Shown here: one piece after another, positions 41,379 through 50,500 of the stretch
Position numbering within the stretch: position 1 is the stretch's first letter
Layout: every line of letters starts with the position of its first letter
IMG/VR virus record: IMGVR_UViG_3300045988_011313
Location: 33,768 to 97,767 of that record
Source: a virus
Direction: 5' to 3' (one strand)
Length of the DNA stretch: 64,000 nucleotides
Made by a program: the position numbers and the translations under genes
Notes under the pieces: generated by a model
What the model was told of the DNA's origin: nothing
Database searches by the model: none
What the model saw: the letters and a program-made list of their open reading frames with translations, nothing else

Positions 41379-41837
41379 ATGGCTAAAATAATTTTATGTA
41401 GAGGTATTCAAGGTAGTGGTAAAACTACATGGGCTAAACAATGGGTACTTGAAGACCCAGAACATAGAGTAAGATTTAACAATGATGACATCAGAAATAT
41501 GTTAGGTAAATATTGGGTTCCCAGCAGAGAGGATTTAGTAAAAAGCTTGAGAAGTGCTTTCTTGTTAAATTCTATGTCCTATGGTTTTGATATTGTTATT
41601 GACAATATGAATCTCAATCCCAAGGAATTGGAGTACTATAATAGAGTGCTTGATGGTTGGAATAATCCAAAGTGGGCAATGCCTGATGTAGTAAGACCAA
41701 AGTACAGCCTTGAATTTAAGGACTTCTTTATACCTCTTCAAGAGTGTATAGATAGAGATTCTAAGAGACCTAATCCAATAGGAGAAGAGGTCATAAGGAA
41801 GACTTATGAGAAGTATAAAGACATTCTGAAAGTATAG
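41379..41837 (+). CDS. polynucleotide 5'-kinase-like P-loop kinase (T4 Pnk kinase-domain type)
   Basis: IILCRGIQGSGKTTWAKQW, FNNDDIRNM, IDNMNLNPKE and RDSKRPNPIGEEVIRKTYEKY parallel T4 Pnk (GCPGSGKSTWA, NRDDYR, DTNLNP, RNSKRG...V...MY). Confidence 0.7.
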   Translation: MAKIILCRGIQGSGKTTWAKQWVLEDPEHRVRFNNDDIRNMLGKYWVPSREDLVKSLRSAFLLNSMSYGFDIVIDNMNLNPKELEYYNRVLDGWNNPKWAMPDVVRPKYSLEFKDFFIPLQECIDRDSKRPNPIGEEVIRKTYEKYKDILKV

Positions 41838-41838
41838 T

Positions 41839-42039
41839 ATGAGACAATATACATCAAGAGAGTTCATAAAGATAGTGGAATTTAATGGTTTCTGTTATAA
41901 CAGATGTAATGGAGACCATGCTATCTATGTGAATGATAAGGGAAGGCATATCAGCATACCTAAGAATCTTGAATGTGTAATTGCTCGAAGACTAATTAAA
42001 GAGAATGGCTTGGTAACGGATATTAAAAGGAGAAAATAA
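41839..42039 (+). CDS. HicA-like protein (mRNA interferase toxin fold)
   Basis: SREFIKIVEFNGFCYNRCNGDHAIYVND.GRHISIPKN...RRLIKENGL parallels HicA (SSELIKLLEKDGW...KGSHHQF...VTVPHP...ILKQAGL), including the conserved G-x-H. Confidence 0.55.
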   Translation: MRQYTSREFIKIVEFNGFCYNRCNGDHAIYVNDKGRHISIPKNLECVIARRLIKENGLVTDIKRRK

Positions 42040-42040
42040 A

Positions 42041-42385
42041 ATGACTGAAAGTGGATATTATCCCCCAGGGGCAGAACATGACCCTAATGCACCCTGGAAT
42101 CAGGTTGATAATCCTGAAAGGGAAATTGAGGTCACAGTAAGTATCACCCTTAGTAAAACTGTAAAGGTTAAGGTATCTGACTATGAGATTACTGACTCTG
42201 GAAAGGATGAGGATGGTGAATATTTTGAGGATATAGACTATTCAAACTGTGACCTTAAAGGTGCAGTTGAAGAGCAGATTGTATTACCTCAAAGTGCTCA
42301 CCCTTATGTTAAGAGCAATCCAAAAGTACATGAAGATTTAAGTAATTGGTGTGTTGATGACCTTGAAGTAAATTTAGAGGAATAG
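42041..42385 (+). CDS. hypothetical acidic protein (114 aa) immediately downstream of the HicA-like gene
   Basis: 1-nt gap to the HicA-like gene. No HicB motif recognised. Confidence 0.55.
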   Translation: MTESGYYPPGAEHDPNAPWNQVDNPEREIEVTVSITLSKTVKVKVSDYEITDSGKDEDGEYFEDIDYSNCDLKGAVEEQIVLPQSAHPYVKSNPKVHEDLSNWCVDDLEVNLEE

Positions 42386-42459
42386 TTACGGAAAGATTAG
42401 TTGTACATTGATGAATGTCGTATTATGTTCTGTGAGAGTGTAATTATAAATTTGAAATA

Positions 42460-42711
42460 ATGAAAGTATTAAAGATTTATTCAAGAACTTGTGGACCCTG
42501 TAAAGTACTGGAGAGTAATCTCCAACTTGCAGGTATTCCACATGAAAGTATAGATGTCCAATCTATGCAGGGTGAAGATATTGCAGCCAAGTATGAGGTA
42601 AGAACAGTACCTACTCTTATCTTAGTAGATGATGAGGGAAATGTTGTAAAAAGACATAGTGGTCTGTTAGGTGTTCAAGAGTTAAAAGAGTTCTACAATG
42701 AAACTAATTAA
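42460..42711 (+). CDS. thioredoxin/glutaredoxin-like redoxin
   Basis: CGPC active site near the N-terminus and VPTLILV (cis-Pro loop). 83 aa. Confidence 0.75.
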   Translation: MKVLKIYSRTCGPCKVLESNLQLAGIPHESIDVQSMQGEDIAAKYEVRTVPTLILVDDEGNVVKRHSGLLGVQELKEFYNETN

Positions 42712-43576
42712 GCCGAGTTTTGAGATATGGAATCAGCCTGCTGGTCTTGAAGGAGTTTATAAACAGATTGAGAGGGTGGGTAGAGTATGCTATAAGTCCG
42801 AGGATAAGATGACAGAAGATTCTGCCAAGCCTTTTGTAGATAGGATGATTAAGTCTGGTCATGGTGCTATGTTGGAACATGGTACAGTGTATCTGGCTAT
42901 GCCTATGGAGACTATACTACCTATAAGAGCTAATGGTTGGGGTAAATATACTGAGAATCCTTATTCAAAAGGTTTCAAAGTATGTGAGGTTGATGGTCAG
43001 AAGAGAGTAGCTGTTACTACTAATCTTAGGGTATTGGTAGAGAATGGTTGGCTCAGAGACTTAGAGTATATCTGTGAACCTACAGAGTTCCATGAAAGGA
43101 GAGTTACTGTACACTTTGTATGTGATAGAGGTGTATCCCATGAATTTGTAAGGCATAGAGTAATGTCTTTTGCTCAAGAGAGTACAAGGTATTGTAACTA
43201 TTCCAAGGATAAGTTTGGTAATGAACTTACCTTTATTATACCTTGTTGGATAGAAGAAAAGCAGGAAAATATGTCCTTAGAGATTAGAGATATATGTGGG
43301 GGTAATTATACAGAACTCTGTTTCAAAGAAAACCTTGCAAGAGCAGAAAGAGCATATTTTACTCTTATTAAAGAAGGTTGGAAGCCACAGGAAGCAAGAG
43401 CTGTTTTACCTAACTCCTTAAAGACAGAATTGGTTGTTACTGGATTTACATCTGATTGGAAGCATTTCTTTGGTCTGAGAGCAATAGGTACTACAGGTGC
43501 TCCACATCCTCAGGCTAAGGAATTAGCAGAACCTTTAATGAAAGAATTTATTGTAAGAAAGTATATTAATAACTAA
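42698..43576 (+). CDS. thyX: flavin-dependent thymidylate synthase
   Basis: EFVRHRVMSFAQESTRY contains the ThyX motif RHR-x7-S-x-R. Confidence 0.85.
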   Translation: MKLIKPSFEIWNQPAGLEGVYKQIERVGRVCYKSEDKMTEDSAKPFVDRMIKSGHGAMLEHGTVYLAMPMETILPIRANGWGKYTENPYSKGFKVCEVDGQKRVAVTTNLRVLVENGWLRDLEYICEPTEFHERRVTVHFVCDRGVSHEFVRHRVMSFAQESTRYCNYSKDKFGNELTFIIPCWIEEKQENMSLEIRDICGGNYTELCFKENLARAERAYFTLIKEGWKPQEARAVLPNSLKTELVVTGFTSDWKHFFGLRAIGTTGAPHPQAKELAEPLMKEFIVRKYINN

Positions 43577-43586
43577 AAAAAAAATT

Positions 43587-43826
43587 ATGGCTTTTGGTAC
43601 GAAGAAATCAGTTGTAGCTACACCTTCTTTCAGTGAAAGAATGGCAAGCATTAAGTCTATGTTTAAGGCTGCACATGAGGATGCAAGTAATCTTCATGCA
43701 GAAATGGAGTCAGAGATTGCAAAGAAGGAATCTCAAATTGCTGCATTGCAGGAAGACATCAAAACTATTGATGTTACTAAGCAGGAGGCTGAAACATTTA
43801 TGTCTAATATAGAAAAGCTTATTTGA
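43587..43826 (+). CDS. hypothetical coiled-coil protein (79 aa)
   Basis: ORF track. Confidence 0.5.
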   Translation: MAFGTKKSVVATPSFSERMASIKSMFKAAHEDASNLHAEMESEIAKKESQIAALQEDIKTIDVTKQEAETFMSNIEKLI

Positions 43827-43827
43827 T

Positions 43828-44454
43828 ATGATTGAGCAAATAAATCAGTTAAAACAAGGTTCCATTATTAGTGAGAGTTCTCACTATATTGTGAACAGAG
43901 TGTCAGGTTCTAATGCTTGGCTTACTCATTTTGAAAGTGGTGAAGAGGTTCAGATTGGTATTAGCTATTTGAAGAACTATACTAATTCTGCTGACTTGTT
44001 TGAAACTACAGTAAAGGTAACTAAGGAAGATAAGAAGGATGGTACTCTCGGTATTAGAAGTATCTGGGAGAACATCCACTCTGGTCAAGCATTTACTGTA
44101 TGCTTCAAGAAGCAGGATAAGCCTAAGAGTAAGAAGAAGCTCAATGAGGAGATTGACTATCTTGTAAACCAGTTCTCTAAGGATATTGATAAGGTTAAAG
44201 CAAGTAAGAAGGGAGTAGCTGAAAGGGCTAAGCAACTCATTACTGAACTTATCAAAGAGCCTATCTTACCCTATGAAGAAGGTGAAGACAGAGTTCTTAG
44301 AGGCTATAAGATTCAGTTTGAATCAAGAGATGGTAGATATGATTGTGTAGATATGGATATTGTCAAGACTGATAAAGAGTCAGGCATTAGACCAGTCAAT
44401 ATCAACACTATCAAGTGGCTTGTATTCAATGGTGTCAAGTACATTGTTGAGTAA
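43828..44454 (+). CDS. hypothetical protein (208 aa)
   Basis: ORF track. A terminator follows. Confidence 0.6.
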   Translation: MIEQINQLKQGSIISESSHYIVNRVSGSNAWLTHFESGEEVQIGISYLKNYTNSADLFETTVKVTKEDKKDGTLGIRSIWENIHSGQAFTVCFKKQDKPKSKKKLNEEIDYLVNQFSKDIDKVKASKKGVAERAKQLITELIKEPILPYEEGEDRVLRGYKIQFESRDGRYDCVDMDIVKTDKESGIRPVNINTIKWLVFNGVKYIVE

Positions 44455-44462
44455 TCTTATAA

Positions 44463-44501
44463 GGGAGAATAAGTTAAATACTTGTTCTCCCTTTAGCTTT
44501 T
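44463..44501 (+). terminator. rho-independent terminator ending the replication module
   Basis: GGGAGAA (44463-44469) pairs with TTCTCCC (44485-44491), followed by TTTAGCTTTTT. Confidence 0.6.
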
Positions 44502-44511
44502 TAAATAAAAG

Positions 44512-44543
44512 CTTGCATATTACAATTAAATTCCTTACCTTTG
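44512..44543 (+). promoter_or_regulatory. Bacteroidota-type promoter (cTTG-N20-TAccTTTGCA) for the giant-gene block
   Basis: cTTGCATATtacaattaaattcctTAccTTTGCAca. The -7 box at 44536-44543 lies 22 nt upstream of the ATG at 44566. Confidence 0.6.
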
Positions 44544-44565
44544 CACAAATAATATTTTAAATTAT

Positions 44566-47500
44566 ATGAGTTGTTTAATTATAACACCAGAAATTAGAGA
44601 ATTAGCTAAGAAGTTTCCTAATGAAACAGAGCAATCAGTACTTAACTTGGTTGGACTGTGGCAGGAAAAGAATAATAAGTCTATTGAGGATATTCCATTA
44701 GGTAGTGAACTCAATGACTTTATCAAGGAGCTGAGAAGTAGTGAGGCTACTGAACAGCTTGATGAGGCACTTAGCAGTTCTTTTGATACTCCAAGGGTTA
44801 CTTCTGTTGAGGAACAACAAAAAGTGGACCTACTCTTTGACCCAAAAACAAGAAGAGATAGAGTGACACTTATTGCAAGATTCTTCAGTAATGAAGTTGA
44901 TGATGCCTTGCAAGAAATGACTGATTCTCTGAAGGGAAGAATTGATGATGCCAGTGGTGTAGAGAAGGAAGAATTACAGGCTGAGCTTAATAGCTTGGAT
45001 AGATTCTCTGCTATAAAGAAGTACACCCCTGCTGGTATATTCAAGAGAGTAGCTAATATCTTCAATTCTTATGTACAAGATACAGAAGAAGGTAGAATAC
45101 AGCAAGAACTTAATGCAATCAACTCTATGAGAGGTGCAGACAAGTTCTCTGATGAGCAGAAATTAGAAGCTGCCAAGAAGAAAGCCGCTTATAAGAATCA
45201 GGAGTATAAGAAGATAGTTGATGACCCCAGTGTTTATAAAGCTCTTGCTGAGGAAGCAAGTACTTTACTTGTAATGACTGAGGGTATTAGAATAGACCCC
45301 AACTATATTGCACCTGCTGATGTAAACCTCAATGATGATGACCCTGATGGTAACAGTGAGGTAGATAATGAAGCAGAGGATTGGAGACAAGAGGAGGCTT
45401 ATAAGGATGGATGGATGACTAATTTCAGACAGGTAAGTTCACATGAGTCTCTGTCACAAGCTGTAAGAAAAGTAATCAGACAGGTACCTAAACTTGACTA
45501 TAGAGGTAAGTATGAAAAGGATGATTTAGGTTTCACAAGATACCTTGATGCTGACTATGTTCATGCTACTTTCATTGACAAGTTAAGGAACATGATTAAC
45601 TCTGATGATATGCTTCCTTTGATGCAGGATTTGCAGAGAATTAAGCCTTGGGTTAAGCAAGTAACTAAGTTACTTCAAGGTAATGAGACTTTATTCTCTC
45701 AGTTCTATCAAGACTTCAGAAAGGATTTTATGCCTTACTGGATTCAAAAGAAGAAGATGATGCCTGATGGTACTTTCAAGATGGAAACTATTGCCATCAA
45801 TAAGCCTGAAGGTGTGTATTATCTCCTTGATGCTTGGAGAGATAACTATGAGAATGGAGTACAACTTGATGATGATAGTGTATATGAGAAGAACGGGGAA
45901 ATAAACAAGGATAATGCAGCTAAAGGTTTACAATGGACTGAGACATTAAATAATATGTTCCAGAACCTTGATACAGAATCCAGACTTCAACTCTTGGAGA
46001 GAGAAGATGTATGGAATACCATAATGAAGTTACTTCATATGTTAGGTATTGATGCCAATCCTTCTGTACTAAAGACTGCATTAACTGATATAAAGACAGT
46101 TCCAGGTATCACATTTACTGACCCAATCATGCTTCTTTTACCACAATTGAATATTATATTCAGTGGTATTAAGAAGGGAGAAATCAAGTCTGAGACTAAG
46201 GAGGATGGTGCTGAGAAGAGAGGAGACCTTATCAATACTTTTGGCTCTGCTTACAATATGATTGCAAGTATGATGGCAGAAGTTACTGAAGATGCTATTG
46301 AAAGTAGTGTCAGAGAGAATGACAAGTCTTACTACTCTCATGTTACTCCTAACTACTTAGGTAAACTTATTAAGAATCTCAAGAATGCTATGAATGACAA
46401 GGAGAGATTTGAACAGTTTATGCAGACCGAGTTCAAAGACTATGAGTGGTTCTTTAAGGATGGTCATTGGAGAAATGACTGGCTAAGACAGCTTGCAGAG
46501 TCTGATGAATTGAGAAGAGGTCTTAACCATAAAGTAGTACTGAACTCTGATAAGGTAGACTATACTAATTGGGATGATTTGGATTATACTTTGGCTCTTC
46601 TTACAGAATACTGGGGAGACCCTGATTCTGCAAAGTCAAGTATAAAGTATGCTTGGTACCATGTTCCTATTCTTTCAGATAGCCCTTCTGCTGAGTTTAT
46701 CAGATTCAGAAAGTACACAACAGGTGATGTGCTTGATGAGGATGGTAAGAAGAGAACCTATGATGATGTTATCCTTGACAAGTTAGTAGACTTGGTTAAT
46801 CAAGAGTATGACAGAATCATGCTGGTTAGGGAAAGAGATGAGGCTTATCAGAGAGGAGATAAGGGTGTAGAGCCTATTGCCAATTATGATATTGTCAGAA
46901 AGGAAAATGGTAGTATAAAAAGTATGGGAGGTGCAGAATTTAAGTTCCTTCCTGCACTTAACAACCTCAGATATGACAATGGAGAGACATTCATTGATAG
47001 GTTAAGCAGACTCAAATCCAAAGGTACTGGAGCTGAACTCAGAAACTTTCTAAGAACTACTCTTAATGACATGATGGAAGATGGTTTTGAACAGACCTAC
47101 AGAGATTGGATGAGGGTAGGACTTTTGGATGAGCTTCCTAATGGCAAGTACAAGTATCTTCCTTTTGAAGGTCAGTCCAAGCAGAATGCAATAACTGCAA
47201 AGGCACTCATTAAGGCTAAGGATGCTTTAGGTTCATTATGGAATACCAATATGGAACTAATGCTTAGAGCCTACAACAACAATAGTGCTTTTGATAGCAG
47301 AGAGGCTAATAGCCTAATGGAGCAAATCAAAGCATTACTTACAGATAAGGCAACAAGAGGTGAGATGGAGTTGAAAGATGCTCAGTCAATCTCAAGAAGT
47401 CTGTTTGTTAAGAACAATACTAAGGATGCACTTAGGGAATACTATTGGAACAGTAAGTTAGCTACTTCACAAATTATCCAGCTTACTACTACAGACCTTG

Positions 47501-50500
47501 CTTTCTATAAGAATCTTGAGGACTTTCAGAAGAGATATAAGGAGGTTCATGCTCCTGCTCTTAGATTGAATACTAAGGCTACTTATAAAGGTGAGAGAAT
47601 TGGTAGGGACTGGGAAAGAACTATCTACTTGAAGGATGATGAGATAATATCCTCTGTACTTGAAGACATCAAGACTGTACTTGATGAAAGGGTTAGAAGA
47701 AATGAAATGACCAAGATAGACAGAGATAATATCATCAGCAAGTTTAGAAATGTGAATGTAGCAGATGCTCAGGCATATAGAAGTTTGAGTTCCTATAGGG
47801 CAATACTTGGTATGTCAGGTCAGTGGACAGATGATATGGAGCAGGCATATAACAACTTCAAGAATGGAGATTGGAATATCAAAGACTTCAATATCATTTG
47901 GCAGACTAAGAAGCCTTATGTCTATACACAAGTCAATAATAACAGTGGCATTGAAGGTCATACTGGAATTAAGACTCCTGTACAGCATAAGAACTCAGAG
48001 TTCCTATTACTCGCTATGCATGAACTAATTGCTGGTCCTTTAGGAGGGTCAAGCAAATTGAAAGCCATAAATAAGTTTATGGAAGATAATCAGATTGATG
48101 TAGTTCAGTTTGAATCTACTACTAAGGTTGGAAAACAAGGTGTGATAGATTTAAATGATGTTAATACAGAGGCTGATGTAATTCAAAGACTTAAGGATGC
48201 TACAGGTATTGGATTTGGTAATGAGAATCCTAATGTAGTACATAAGGTATCTTATGAAGATTATGGTATTCAGACTGCAACTCCTGAACATGCTATTGAT
48301 GCTGTTCAATTGGTAGGTACTCAGATTAGAAAACTAATTACTGCTGACATCTCTGATGACACAATCATTGAGGTTGATGGTAAGAAGATGACTAAGAAAG
48401 AGTGGCTTGACCTATACAATGCTATCAACACTGAGAACATTCTCCAAGCATTTGCTGATGTAGATGAGATATTCAAAGACCCAAAGAAAGTAGAGGAAAT
48501 CTTACTTGAAGAGATAAGAGGTAATCAAAGATATGGTATGGATATGATGAGGGCTTGTACTCTTGATGAGAACAACAACTTCAATATCCCTCTCTTTGAC
48601 CCTGTGCAATCTCAAAGAGTACAGACACTCCTTAATAGTGTAATCAAGAGTAGAATTACTAAACAGAAGATTAGAGGTGGAGCTTTAATTCAGGTATCTG
48701 ATTATGGCTTGACTGATGAACTTCATGTAGTATTTGAAGGTGAAGGTGCTAACAAGAGGATTAAGTATCTTGAATGTTATATGCCTGCATATAGTAGAGA
48801 GTTCTATGAGCCTCTCATGGACCCAAATACTCACCAGCTTGATGTAACTAAACTTCCTGAGGATTTGAGAAAGTTGATTGGATATAGAGTCCCAACAGAG
48901 GATAAATATTCAATGGCTCCTCTGTATATTAAGGGATTCCTTCCTCAACAGAATGGTTCTGCAATCATGCTTCCTGCTGAGATTACTACTCTATCAGGTT
49001 CTGACTTTGATGTGGATAAGATGTACATCATGTTGCCTGAGTTTAATATTAAGAAACTGTATAATATCAAGGGAGCTTGGGATGATTTCTATCTTAATAA
49101 CCCAGATATTGTGGATGAGATTGATAGAAACTTAGGTGAGGCACTTGCACAATTTATTAAAGAGCAGACTGAAGATTGGGATGAGGCAGCAGGCTTGGAT
49201 GACATAGCTGACCTTACAGAAGAGTTTAATGAATGGTTAAAGAAAGAGGGTATTAAAAGATATAAATTCTCTGAAACTGCACAGAAGAAATTCTCTGAGT
49301 GGTTTAAAACTAATAAGAAGAATTACTTCATTAGGGAGAAGATAGAAAAGATAAAGTATGACTTCAACAAGTCTCCACAGGAGAACAGTCTTAAAGCAAG
49401 AAATAACTTGCTGATAGATATGATGTATGGAGTTTTGACTAATGCAGATACAGCTTCAAAGATTCTTAACCCAGGTGGCTTTGATTATCAGAAGAAGTCT
49501 GCAAGAATAATGACTATTCTCAATGATTCTTATGAGAGTGACTTGGCTCAAGCATTAAAGGATATGGGTATAGAACTTAATAAGACTGTACAGAAAGGTG
49601 GAAAGTCTTATCCCAAGTCTATTGCTTCATATCTATTTGACTTAGACCTTGATACTCTTGATAAGTTGGCAGAGAAAACAAAGGTCAAGATGGACCCATT
49701 ATCACCAAGAACTCAAGTAATGTTACACCAACAGAACATGACTGGTGCTAAGTTGATTGGTATTTATGCCAACCATAATGCAAATCATGCTTTGATGCAA
49801 CATACTCAGTTAGCTTTGGATGAAGAAAATGGCTCATTTATATTGAATGGAAAGAGACTTACATCTTTACATGATATTATGAATGGTGACAAGGAATTTA
49901 TCTCAAAGAATAATGCTGGATTCTTGGCTGCTTCTGTGGATAATGTTAAAGACCCTGTGCTTGCAGCACTTAATCAGAATACTTTCACTGCTGATGCTTC
50001 TATGCTTCTCTCAAGATTAGGTTATAATCCTATTGAGATAGGTCTGTTAATGATGCAGCCTATTGTACAAGAGATTACTCAGACCTATTTCAGAGAGAGT
50101 AGAGAGGGCAAAGGCAAAGATACTATCATAGATGAAGTACTGGATAAGTATAAGGAGAAGGCTGCTATTAATAATGACTTGACTTATGATAACTACAAGA
50201 ATAATAGCTTCTATATTGAAGAGCTTGCAGACAATATAATGCTTGCTAAGGAGGCTGTTACTGACAGGACTCAGACCTCTGATTTCAGAAAAATTGAGTT
50301 CTACCAGAAACAAGTTGCAGTTGGATATTTGTTCAAGAGAATTATGAACTCTGCTGATGCTTTAGGACAGTTAGTACAGGCTACAAGGTCTGATACCCAA
50401 GGAGGAGCTGCTGGTCCAACTATTGCAGATACTGAGTTGAAGATGCAGAAAGTGAAAGACCTGTTAGACCAGATAGAGAATAATAGCAAGTTCCCATTGA

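Noticed and set aside
44562-45065. 167-aa minus-strand ORF overlapping the start of the 2449-aa gene. The same reasoning applies to all other short ORFs inside the giant genes on either strand.
   Set aside because: They are embedded in very long, uninterrupted sense ORFs. Their Ser/Leu-rich composition is typical of off-frame or antisense translation.
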